From Fonticula alba ATCC 38817 (taxonomy: Eukaryota > Protista > Nucleariida), in assembly GCA_000388065.2 (NCBI GenBank), contig KB932202.1: DNA of 63,596 nucleotides, one strand, 5' to 3'. Positions 25,860-38,275 of the stretch are shown here, piece by piece. The stretch's first letter is position 1; every line of letters begins with the position of its first letter. Both the position numbers and the translations under genes were made by a program. The notes below the pieces were generated by a model that saw only the letters and a program-made list of their open reading frames with translations, was not told the DNA's origin and made no database searches.

Positions 25860-28752
25860 GTACCGCCACCACCACTGGTGGCGGCAGTGCCAGCGGTGGA
25901 TCCACACTGGCGTCGGTCTCCGCTGGTGCCGGCCCAATGGAAGGCCTTGCCGAGCGGATAGTCTGCGGGTCGGAGGCCGGGCCACCGGGACCCGGGGAGT
26001 CGGCCCTAGCCAGTGTGCCCGGTGGCCCGGGACCGGGGATCCATCCCGGCCGGGTGGCCCTGAGCCTCGACAGCCAGCCCTTCCCACTGGCATCGGACGA
26101 TCCGCGCATCTGGGAGCATCCAATCTTCATTCGGTGTGTCAATCGTGTCGGGGCCCTGCTTGCCCATGTCTTTCCCTCGTGTTGGCACTGTCTTCCCTTC
26201 TCCGGCCACTAACCCACTTGCCGGCGTGCGGCCCAGGCTGGAGGTTCGCGTGCGGCCGGACGGCCAGGACCCGAGCGGCGAGCTGCGCTTCTCGGCCTGC
26301 TCGCTGCCGGTGTCCTTCGTTGGTTTCGAGGGTGACTGTACGGTCGTTCTTCCGGCCTTTTGTGTTTTCCTTTCCGCCAAGAGAGAGAGAGAAAGGGGGA
26401 GAGAGGGAGCCTGCCGTGCTGTGTGTCTGACCTTCCTCTCCTCGGCGTCCCCCCCCCCCCCCCCCCCCCNNNNNNNNNNNNNNNNNNNNNNNNNNNNNNN
26501 NNNNNNNNNNNNNNNNNNNNNNNNNNNNNNNNNNNNNNNNNNNNNNNNNNNNNNNNNNNNNNNNNNNNNNNNNNNNNNNNNNNNNNNNNNNNNNNNNNNN
26601 NNNNNNNNNNNNNNNNNNNNNNNNNNNNNNNNNNNNNNNNNNNNNNNNNNNNNNNNNNNNNNNNNNNNNNNNNNNNNNNNNNNNNNNNNNNNNNNNNNNN
26701 NNNNNNNNNNNNNNNNNNNNNNNNNNNNNNNNNNNNNNNNNNNNNNNNNNNNNNNNNNNNNNNNNNNNNNNNNNNNNNNNNNNNNNNNNNNNNNNNNNNN
26801 NNNNNNNNNNNNNNNNNNNNNNNNNNNNNNNNNNNNNNNNNNNNNNNNNNNNNNNNNNNNNNNNNNNNNNNNNNNNNNNNNNNNNNNNNNNNNNNNNNNC
26901 TGTCCTCGCTGGCGGGGCATGCGCGCACACGGCGTTCCCGGCCCGCAGGTCACCTGGCTATCCCGCGGTCGATTTGCGACTGCACGCAGGAGCTGTCCAC
27001 CGAGCCAGTCCCTGGTGCATCGGAGGCCCTGCGCTGCGTGTCGGAAACCACCCTGCAGACCGACTCGCCAGCGGCCCCGGAGCCGGGGTACCTTCCGGCC
27101 CCGGCCGACTCGCGTGTCGCCGAACTGGCGTGCGTCCCGGCCAGTCTCCTCGCCACAATGTGCCAATGTGCCCTCTTTATGCTGACTCTGGCTGTCTCCC
27201 GCCCCCCCCCCCCCCCCCCCCCCCCCCTGCTCGCTGGCCGCCAGCAATTCTGCTCGGCAATTCCTTCGCCGGCAGGTGGTGGACCTCCTCCGGCGGCATC
27301 CGGTTTCTTGCCAGTCGCTGGCCTTCATCCGAACCTGCATCGAGAGTGGATGGTGTGTGGGCGCCGTGTGGCTCTTGCGCCTTTCCCCTTTTTTCCATTG
27401 CCCCCTCCCCCCCACCCTCCCCCCCCTGTGCCGGCATCCAGACTGACTCCCTTCCTGGGCCATCCCCTTCGGGCACATGTTCCTAGCTATTTCCCATACA
27501 AATCGCTGTTCAGCATCCCGCTGCCGCTGGTGCACACGCGCCGTGCCGCTTCCCTGCTGGGCCCCTCGCTCGGGGCCCTGGCCCTGACGCCGCTGTCGCT
27601 GACCCGGCTGCCGGGGGATGTGTTCTTTGTGGACGACCGCAGCGACTTCCTCACCTGTCGGGAGAGCTATGAGTCGGAGCAGCGGACTTTGGCGGGCGGC
27701 GTGACCCCGCCGGCACGCCTGGACAACCCGGGGCTCGAGGGGCGTGGTGCCGGGCTGCGCGCCGCGCAGCAGCCCGTCATCGATGTCATTGGCCGAGTGC
27801 TGTTGTCGAGGCCGCGTGGCGGCTGGCGGCGGATCCCCAGCAGTCGGGCATGTGCCCGGTGTCGCATGGCCCGAGGTCATTCCTTCTACAGCCTGTGCTC
27901 GGCAGATGGCGAGTCGCAGCGGGCCCTCGAAGATGGCCAGGCCGATGGCCATGCACCTGCGGAGGCCCTCGTCAGCCAGGACGTCGAGCAGCATGCCTGC
28001 TCGGTAAAGGTACGGCCTTTTTGGGAGGGGAAGGGGGCGCGGGGGCGCCGGGGGCGCCGGGGGCGCGGCGGACGCGGCGGACGCGGGGGGTGCGGGGATT
28101 CCCTGACTGTGGACCAACATGCTGACCGCCTTGGCCGTCATGTAGCCGAACAAGCTGCCCTTCTGGATTATCTTCTCGCTGAAGGCCGACTCGCTGGAGT
28201 TCTACTTCGCCGGGCCGGCCGGGGTGCTTGTGCAGCCGGAGGACCGCGACCGGGTGCTGGACGCCGTGTGCACGGCCCTCCTCCGGGTCACCAACCGCGT
28301 GAACCGGCAGATTCTCCTGCTGCACGCGTGGCAGACGCACCGGTGCTCGAAGTTGCTCATGCCGCCGGACGGGGTGCTGGTGGCGTCGCCGTCGGCCGGA
28401 GCCGGGGGCGTCGGGGGCGGGTCCAGCGGCTCGGCCAGCGGCCCGGGCTCCGGGTCCTTGATGTCGGGCTCGGTGGTGAGCACGCCGGCGTCCAGTGCGG
28501 TGGCCGGGGCCGGTCCCGGTGGGCCGGGCTCCGGGCTCATGTCCCCGGTGGCCGGAGCCGGCCCCGGGGCTGGGACCGGCCCCGGGCCCGGGGTCGGCGC
28601 CAGCTCCAGTGGCGGCCCCTTGGCCTCGGGCGGGGTGGGTGCCTCGGCCGGCCCCGGGCCCGGGGCCGGTGGGCTGAAGCATTTCACCGGCGGCCCGGCG
28701 GCTGGCGGCCACTCGGGCGTGGCTTCGCCGGTACCGGGAGGCACGAATGCCG

Positions 28753-28788
<36 letters not shown>

Positions 28789-29317
28789 CGGCAGCCGCCG
28801 CAACCGGCGGCATGGTGGTCGATCTGGCGGAGGAGTTCTCCTCGGAGGATGATGATGACGACACCTTTGTCGGGGATTATTCCTCCAGTGCGGCCCTCGG
28901 GGCCGGGCTGCTGGCGGGCATTGAGGCTGCCCGGCGGGCGGCCTGGCAGATGGGGCTCCCGCCGCGGCGGGCAGACCAACCGGGGCCCGGGGCCACCGGC
29001 GGCGTTCCCTGCCGGGCGGCCATCCAGCAGCAGGTGGCCCCGACGCAGTACCCGGCCCTGGTGCTGCACCTGACACGGAATCGTGGCTTCCGGGTGGGGC
29101 AGTTCGCTTGCGACCGGGTGCACCGGGTGCAGATCCCCCTGCCGCCGCGGCTGCGCGCGGCCACGGCGGTGTCGCAAATCAGCGCCCAGCTGTCGACCAT
29201 GGCCGTGACCAACCGACAGAATACCTTTGTCTACCGGCACCGGGACCTGATCTTCCTGGTCCGGCTGAGTGGCTTCGATGATGACAATCAGGCCGGGACC
29301 GGGGGGCCCGGGCCCGG

Positions 29318-29354
<37 letters not shown>

Positions 29355-29531
29355 ACTGCAGGAACCAGCAGCGCGCCGGTGTCGCTCATCGGCACCCCCG
29401 TGCAAATGGGCCTGACTTCGGTGGCCGCGTCGCAGCCGTCGTCCGGCTCGGCGTCGCCGGTCCCCGGGTCCGGGACCGATCGGCAGGAGGATGTTCGCCG
29501 CCGGCGCCTCGGGGCCGGAAGCCAGCTGCGT

Positions 29532-29569
<38 letters not shown>

Positions 29570-32500
29570 CGCTCGGCAATCCCAGCTGGAGGTGGCCGCC
29601 CGGCCGAGCCTGCGCGTGGCGCTCGGCGACCACCCGGGGTCCGGGGCCGGGGTGGCTCCCCCGCCGCCGACGCCGGACGCGGCGGACCAGGCCAGCGGCC
29701 GGCCCTTCGCGCGCCTGGTCCGGCGGCTGCCCTCCTCGACGCTGGTGGTGGAGATCTTCGGCATGTCGCGGCCGCGCGCCGAATTCACGTCGCCCTTCCT
29801 GCACATGATCCAGCAGAAAACCGTGCAGCTGGGCCTGACGGCCCTGTCGACGCAGCTGTCCCGCCATGCGACCCTGCGCTTGGGCCCGGCGGACTTGGCC
29901 TTCCTCTTTGCGCCGAGTCTGGACGGCGGGGCGCCGGAGCAGGTGGAGGCCGTTGCGGCGGCGGCCGCGGCGGCGGCCGTCGCCACGCCCGAGCTCCACT
30001 CTCCCCTGGCCGACAGTGTGTCTTCCTCCTCGAGCGAGGTGTTCGGGTCCACGTACCGGGCCCGGGCCGCCCTGCCGGCCATCTTCGCCCGGGACCCGCA
30101 CATGCTGCTGCTCTTTGTCAAGCAAACGGTGTCCAGCTTCCTGGTGCCCTTGTCGCTGGCCAGCGAGTCGGAGCCCCTGATCCGGGCCTTCTTCGAGCAA
30201 TTGTACGTCCGGTTGCGCCCCCGGGGCGGCGCTGCCGCCGTGTGCCTGCCCCCTGGCCGGCTGTCTGACATGCCAGTGCGCCCCCGCAAACCCCCCCCCC
30301 CCCAAAAAAACAACAACAACTAACAAACAAAAAAACCCCAACAAATCCCGGCGCTTGCCCCCGGCCCGCGCAGCTACCACTACCCCTCGACCGGGGGCGG
30401 CCCCGGTTCGGGAGCCGGCGCGCCGCCGGGCACCGACGAATCGCCCCTCCCATCCCCGGTGGCCGACGCCACAGGCCCCGGCCAGCAGCATGACCCGGCA
30501 GATGTGGCCCACACCCCGCCGGTGGTGCTCCCCGGGGAGTACTGCTTCCTGTACAATGGCAGCCACCCGCGGTCCGGGCCGGTGGGGGCGCACGAGCCGA
30601 GCTTCGGCTCCGGGGTGGCCTGCGTGCACCTGTTCATCGCCAACCACCGGGGCGAAGCGCTGTTCAGCTACCCGGCCGACCGGGGCTGCCAGCAGCCCCG
30701 ATGCCCGGCACGCTGTCATGCCCAGCTGGACGCCGGGTGGGTGGCCTCCGTGTCGGAGGACATCAACACCATGCCCACGGCCTGGGCCGACTCGATGGAG
30801 GCCTGCCCGGTGCCCGGGTGGTCCCTGGGGCCCGAAGAGGGTGCCCATGCCAGCGGCCCGGCCGGCCTGCACCCGGCCCGTGGCTTGCACTTTGGCATCG
30901 ACATCTGGACGCGCGGGCCAATCAAGGCCCAGGCTCTGTGCGAGCGCCTGCAATTGGCGGTCAAGCAGAGCTGCCACGACATGCTGGTGGAGCTTGTGCG
31001 TGTTTCGCCGCCGCCGCCGCATGCGCGCTGGCCTCGGTTCCCGCCACCGCCGGGCCCATGCCGCTGACGCCTCCTCGCGCCATCTAACCATCATATCATT
31101 CTCCCTCCGCCTCTCCTCCTCTCTCTCTCTCTCCCCCCCCCCCCTCGGGTTGACTCATGCGCATGTGCCGTTTGCCGCGCGTTCTCGGCGCTTCCTCGGC
31201 TTCCCACTGCCCGGCGCAGCTCATGGCCGAGGCCGATCAGATGAGCAACACCGGGTCTGCGAGCGTGCACTCGCCTCCGGCCGGGCCGATGGTCCCGTTG
31301 TCGCCGCTCTTCTCGCCCGGCGGCCAGGGGAGCATGCTGGTGCCGGGCCTGGGCCCCGGCAGCCCCTGCTGCCAGTTCTGTGCCGGGCCCGAGTGTCCGG
31401 CCGGGGCCCGGTCGCTGGCCCTGGTGTCGGATCTCCAGGATGAGGACCTGTGCGAGTGCCACCAGGCCGCGGCCGGCATGCCAGGCGCATCGGCCCTGCT
31501 TCCAGGGGCAATGGCCGCGGCCGCTGTGCCGGCGGCGGCAGCGGCGGCAGCGGCGGCGGCAGCCTCCCCGGACGCCGGGCCGCGCTCCCGGTCGGAGGTG
31601 GTTCAGCGCCTGCTGGGCAGTGCCCCGGTCGGGGGCCGCTGGCCCGGGGCGCCCTTCTACATCGGCGGCGCGAGCCAATCGGCCGGCGGGGACCATGTGT
31701 CGCGCTTTGTCCGGGAGGTGGTCCGCCCGCTGCGGGTGTTGCTGGAGGCCTCGGCCCGGCTGGGGTCCCCGAGTGTCGACGCGCTGGCGCTCGGGCCGGA
31801 GGCCTTGGTGTGCCTGGCCGCGCGCGATCTGTCCCAGGTGGAGGTGGGTTCGGGCGCTGGTGGCCCCGGCCTCGGCCCCGGCCCCGGCCCCGGCCCCGGC
31901 CCCGAGTCGCCGGGGGACTCGCCGCTGCCCGGGTCGCCTGGGCCGGCCCCGGTGGCCGACCTGCCGGCCCCCGGCACCAGCCGGTCTTTCCCCCTGCCGG
32001 TGACCCTGTCGGATTTGGCGGTGTGCGGACGGTCGGCCGTGCCGCGCGCGCAGCATGATGTCTTCGTGCGCGGCCTGTGCGACTCGGTGTCGCAGCTCCT
32101 GTCGGATTTGGCCACGCCCATTCTGCTGACCCTGCCGAGTCGCGATGTGCGACCCGACCGGGTGTCCCTGCCACGGGCCCACACCTCGCTGGCCCTGTCG
32201 GAGGACTTTTCCCTGTGCGTCTGCCCGGGCCCTGTCCCGCCGTGTCGCGATTGATGCTCCCGGTTTTGGGGCTTTTCCCGGCCACTGCCCCCCGGGGAGT
32301 TGCTTTCCTCTTCCTCGCCCCCCCCCCCTCCCCCTCCTCCGGCCCGCCTCTCTCCCTCTCTTTCTCTCTCTCTCTCTCTCTCTGTGTGTCCTCGCCTGGT
32401 CATGCCCTTTCCCCGCGGCACGGCAAGTCACTCGGTCATTGTTTGCGGCCTGGAGCATGTGTGTGCCAACTACGGCTTCTGCCCGCACCCGGACCAAATC

Positions 32501-35500
32501 GACGGCCCGGTGGGCGAGCACTCCACCGGCCAGTCGGTGGCCAACCAGTCGGTGGCCGGGTGTTCCGGCGGCTCGGTGGCCTCGGACGGGTCTTTCATCC
32601 ACCTGACATCGCCTTTGTTCACCGGCGAGGTGACCCTCCCCGGGTCGTTGGAGACCAGCGGGTCGCCGGTGTTTGTCGGCTCCCCGGGCAGGGGCCCCGG
32701 CGGGGTGCACCTGGCCCTGGCCTCGTCGTCGCCATCGCTGGCGCCGTCGGTCGCGCCGTCGGTCGCGCCGTCGGTCCACCCGTCGCGCCGGTCGTCGGTC
32801 TTCTTCGGGGCCGGAGCACCGGCCGGGTCGGGCTTCGGCGACCTGGCGGGCGATCCGACCGACGAGGGCCCTGGCGCATCTCATGTGCTGGGCTTCCAGC
32901 CGACGGCCGGGGCCCGCGCTTCACCGGGCCCCGAGCGCGGAACCTTCACCGGGGCCCTGCCGCCCGGGGGGGCGGCGGGTTCGCCTGCGCCGGTGGCCGG
33001 GCCGGGGGCGACGGCAGCGGCGGCAACCCCCGCCACTGCCACCGCGCCGGTGTCCTCCCTGCCGGACGCCAGCAGCCTCCTGCCGGATCCGATGCCCTAC
33101 GATGCCTTCCCCCCGCCGATCGGCTCGCCAGACCCCTCGGTCTACATGTCCCCGGTGTCCGGGGGCCTGGCCCAGGCGGTGGTCTCCCTGCCGGGGGCTT
33201 CGAGCTCCGGCGCCGGGCCCGGTGGGGCGGCCTCCTTTGCCGGGACGCACTCCGGCTCGCTGCTGATGTTCGGCGGCGGCGGGGCCGGCGGGGCCGCAGC
33301 GGCGGGCGGTGTCGGCGGCGGCGGCGGCGGCGGCGGCGGGACCCTGGCCACCGGGCTTGGCACCGGCACCGGGGCCGGCCTGGCCGCGCCGGTGCTCGGC
33401 CCGAACCAGGCGCTCGATGTGCGCCGCGGGGCCTTCCTGCTGATTTCCCTGACCGCCAGCACGGTGGAGCTCCAGGCATACAATGTGTCCCGGGCCCTGG
33501 TGGATGCCGTGTCCATGAGCATTGTCCGGCATGTGAGCTGGATGGTGGCCCGGCGGACGCTGATGGACCTGGCCTCCCTGCAGAAGCTGGGTCTCTTTTG
33601 CCGGGCCCGGCTGGATGCCCCGGCCCTGGGGCTGGTCCTTTCGCCGCCCTCCTTCGCGCGGCGCTTCCTGCAGTTGCCGGCCTTTGTGATGCCGGCGGCC
33701 GGCGGGCCGGGCCCTGGCCCGGGCGCCAGCACCGGTCCTGGCCCCGGTACCGGGGGCCCCGGGGCTTCCGGGTCCAGCAGCTCGGTGGCGGCGCCCTCGG
33801 CCGCCCCGGCGCGGGCCCTGAGCGGCAATGATGGTGCCGCGGTGTCGGGCCCGGGGCCGGCATCCGGCTCGGCCAGTTTCCGGCCTGCTCGCTCGACCAA
33901 GCACATTGCCGCGGTGCTGTCCCAGTCGCGGGCCGGGTCGGTGGCGGGTGGCGGCCATCCGGGCCTGGCCACGTCCCCCGGCACGGGGCCCGGCTTCGCC
34001 GAGCTGCCGGACCCCTCCGGGGACCAGGGCGATGGCCTGGCCGGGGGGGTGTCACTGCCTGCCGGGCGCCTGGTGCACCAGCTGGGCAAGCAGCCGGCCG
34101 CCGGGGTGACGGGCCCTGGTGGGCTCTTCCTGCCGGCCGGCGGGCTGGTGGGCGGGTCGTCGCCGTTGGCCCCGGCGTCGCCGCAACCGGCGGCCCCGGC
34201 AGGCGCGCTGGCGGTGGCCGTGGCCGGGGCCGCCCCCCCGGCCGATCCGCTGCTCAGCCAGGGCGACATCACCACCGTGGTCCTGAGCATTCAGGGGGTG
34301 CACTTTTTCCTGAGCTTCGGCACCCTGCCGAGTGGGGCGCTGCGGGTGAGCGCGGCCTCGGCAGCCGCGGCGGCAGCCACCGCGGCGATGGTGGCCGCCC
34401 TGGGCCCGGGCTTCCTGCCGGAGTCCGGGCCGTCTGGGGCTTCGTCGCCGGGCGGGGCCGGGCCGGGCCTTGCCACGACCCCGGGCCCGGGTGCCGGGGC
34501 GCCTGGCCCCGGGGCCCGGGGGTCGCGCGGGCTGAAGCACCTCCAGCTGGCCCCGCGCGTTGGGGTGCGGCTGTCCTTCGCCCTGCGGCCGGACACCATC
34601 GACCAGTTGATCCAGCTGCCCTTGCCACCAGCCCCCGGGGCCCTGGCGGCCGGCGTGCAAACGACGGCGCCATCTGTCGGCGGGCCCGGCGGCCAGCCGG
34701 CCAGCTCGAGCACCCTCTCGGCCGCCGGTCAGCTGGGCACTGTCCCGGGGTCTGGCGGCGCCTCGACCGTCGGCGGTGGCGGTGGCGGTGGCGGCGGTGG
34801 CGGCGATGCCACCCCCAGCGGTGGCGCCAGCCATCCGCAGCTCATGACCTCGCCGGCCTCGTCGTTGCTCCTGCCGCAGATCCAGGCCGGGCTCTCGGCC
34901 GGGGCGCGTGCCGCCGGTGTGGGCGCCCCCTCGACCGGGCTTGCCTCGCCCTCGAGCCGGCCGCAGCTGGCCCTGCCGACTGCCGGGGCGAGCGCCGTTG
35001 CCATGACGGCCAGCTGGCCGGGGCCGGTCCTGCCGGCCACCCGGCGACCCGGCGCGTCAGCCCGGTCCCAGCGTCTTCTGGCGCGCCTCGGCGTTGCTCC
35101 TCCTGTGTTGGCTCCGGTGTGCGTTTTTTTCTTGTCGTGCCCCCCCGCCCGGGCTGGGCCCTGTCCGCCCGTGTCCCGGCTGTGGCCGGCTCTTGATCTC
35201 CCTCCCCCTCTTTATCTCTCTCTCTCTCTCTCTCTCTCGTTCTCGTTCTCGTTCTCGTTCTCGTTCTCTCTCTCTCTCTCTCGTTCTCGTTTTCTCTCTC
35301 TCTCTCTCTCTCTCTCTCGTTCTCGTTCTCGTTCTCGTTCTCGTTCTCTCTCTCTCTCGTTCTCGCTCTCTCTCTCTCTCGTTCTCGTTCTCTCTCTCTC
35401 TTTCGCTCTCTCTCTCGCTCTCTCTCATGCCGCTGACCATCGCCGCCATAGTCACCCCACCGAGCCGAGCACCTCCCCGGCGATGGGCGACCCCGCCGCC

Positions 35501-38222
35501 GGGGATGGCTCCGCCGCGACGCTTCCCCCGCGCTTATCCTTCCTGGACCCGGACTTCGGCCTCTTCAGCATGGTGGCCGAGCCACCGGCCGAGGATAAGC
35601 CCACGAGCAGCGACCCGACGCCGGGAGCGGCGCCCACCGCGGGGCCCGAGCCGGCCGAGCACCGGGTGATCACCATCTCCCCGGCGGCGGCGGCGGCGGC
35701 CGAGATGTCGGGCGCGGCCCCGGTGCCCGGGTCGTGGGCCGGGCCGGGCCGGACCGGTTCCGATGCGGCCCCCCCGGCCGCCGGGCCGCCGCCAGTGCAC
35801 TCGGCGCCCCCGGCCCCGCGCCGGAAGCTGGTGGACCTGCGCCTGCTGCTGCGCGATGTGCACTTCGCCCGGGACCTTGTTGGGCTTCCCCAGTGGCAGG
35901 TGCTCCTGCGGTCGGGCAGCTTCCTGTCGGCCTTCTCGCGGCGGGCCCTGCTCCGGCCGGCCCCGGCCGGGGACCCGGTGGCCGCGCTGGCCGGCGACCT
36001 CCGCGGGCTGCTCTTCGCCGAGCGCGACCTGGCCCGGGTGGTGGCCGCCTGGAATGCGGTCTGCCTGCGATGGGTCACCATCGATCGAGACCGGATGACC
36101 GGTGCGCGGGCGAGCCGCCTTTCCCTCTTTCTTTTGATTGTCTGCTCCCCCCCCCCCTCCCCCGTCTTCGGGAGGCCCGACGTGTGGCTGACATGCTCCG
36201 CCCGCCGTTTCTTGCGTGCCCCCCTGTCGGATGGGCTTCGGTTGCCCCGGCGCAGCCTCGGACATCGCCCTGCTGATCCAATCCAGTCGGGTGCTGTTTG
36301 TGGTCCGGGCGCCGATGTTTGCCTCCAAGCAATCTGGCGCCATCCGGGAAATCCATCCACCGGCTGGCGGGCTGGTGCCGACGGGCCGCGGCGCCCCGAG
36401 CACCCCGGCCGCCGCGGGCCCCACCACCGTGCAGTATGGCCCGGTGGACCTGGTGGCCGGGGGCGAGTCGGCGGCCGGGGCCGAGGGCGAGTCGGCCGCG
36501 GCCGCCCAGTCCTTCCTGCTGCCTGGCGTCCTGGAGCAGTTTGGCCGGCTGCGGCTGGCGGCCGGCATCGACACCCCGGCCCCGGGCCATGGTCTGATCA
36601 ATGTCTCGGATCTGGCGTACTGCACCGCCGCCGCGGTTGGCGGTGACAGTGCCAGCGGCGGCGGCGGCGGCGGCGGTGACCCGGCCACGCCCGGCGCCCC
36701 GGCCGGCGCCGGCGCCGCCACCGCCGCCGCTGCGGACAGCCCCTCCGGCCTGACGGTGGCCGAGTGGTATGACCAGCACCTGAGCCAGTTCCTGGCCGAC
36801 TACCGGGCCTACGCCGATTTGATTGGCATCGAGTTTGCGCACGAGGCGCCGGGCGGGCAGGCCGGGGCCGGGGCCGGGGCCGGGGCCGGGGCCCCCGGCG
36901 GCCCGGACGGCGGCGGCGGCGGCGGCGGCGCGCGGCTCTTCCTCTCGCCGACGGCCTTCGTCGGGCTGCGCGGCCCCGGAGATGCGGTTGCCCGGCGGGT
37001 GTACTTCTCCCGGCCATACACGGCCCCGAGCGGGCGTGTGGGGCTGCTGCTCTTCGAGCTGGGGTTCTACGACACATCGGCCCTGTTGAGCGGGAATGCC
37101 ACCATCTCGGCGGCGGTGTCCGGGCCGCTGAGCACCACCCATGTCGGGTCGTTGCTGATCGGGTTCAATGTCTTCGCCGTCCGTCAGCAGCACCCCCGGC
37201 AGCGGGCTTCGAGCGCCATGATGACGGCCCTGGCCTTCCGGGCCCGACCGAGCCAGTCCCTGTCGATGACGGCCCCGCTGCAGCGGCAGCACTCGGCCCT
37301 GCGGCCGATTTTGGCCCGCGGCTCCGGTGGTCCGGGCTCGGGCTCGGGCTCGGGCCCGGGCTCGGGCTCGGCATCGGCCGGACTGCTGGCCGGGTCCACG
37401 GGCCGGGGCTCGTCGCCGCTGGTGGCCCCCCCTCGGGCGGGCCTTGTCGTGAATGACGAAGACCCGGAGCCCTCGGCACCGGGTGGGACGGCGGCCGGCG
37501 GCCCCCCCGGGACCGCTGTCGCCGCTGCTGCCACCAGCAGCACCACCCCCCCGACGGCCGGCACGGCCGGCTCCGCCAGTGCCACCGGGCCCGGGCCCCT
37601 GCTGCCCTCGGATGCCGGGGATGTGCGCTTTGTCCTGGCCGAGGGCAAGTCGCCGGAGGCCATGCAGCTCCGGGCGCGCATCGACCGACGCAAGGTGGTC
37701 GATGAGCGGGCCCAAATCGACGCGGCGTCCTACTGGCGCCGGCAGATCCAGCTGGAGGTCTTCACGCTGGACTTCTATGTCCGGCACTTCCAGCGTCTGC
37801 TGGAGCCGGAGCTCCGCTGGTCCAGCCAGTATACCCCCTCAACCGGGTACGCCGGGGGCAATGCCACGCGGCGGGCTGGGGCCGGCCCGGCGAGCCCGGC
37901 AGATGCGGCCTCGGCGCCGCCGCGCGGCGGCAGCCCCGGCATCCCGACGGCCATGCACCCGGCGCTGGATGTGGTGCAGCAGCTCCACCGGTTTGTCAGC
38001 CTGGCCGGGGTGTCGCCGCAGGCCCGGTCGCGCATCTACTCCGGGGTCATTCCCCTGCCGGACAGCTCCATGAGCCGGGAGGCCCTGGTGCAGTATCTGG
38101 CCCGCCAGTCGCCGGACTTCCACCTGCGGTCCATCTGGAGCGCCTGCCCGGAGGCGCGGCTGGTTTTGCGCTCTGGCCCCCGGGCCGGGGGCATGGCCGA
38201 CGGGCCGGACCCGGGACCAGGG

Positions 38223-38275
<53 letters not shown>

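Noticed and set aside
25545-26123. Cys-rich metallothionein-like minus-strand ORF
   Set aside because: Antisense reading of (AGC)n Ser codons in an SZT2 exon.
35215-35425. SR/RE-repeat splicing-factor-like ORFs (RSRSRS, ERERER), also at 18265-18400 and 47360-47600
   Set aside because: Translations of intronic (CT)n-type microsatellites.
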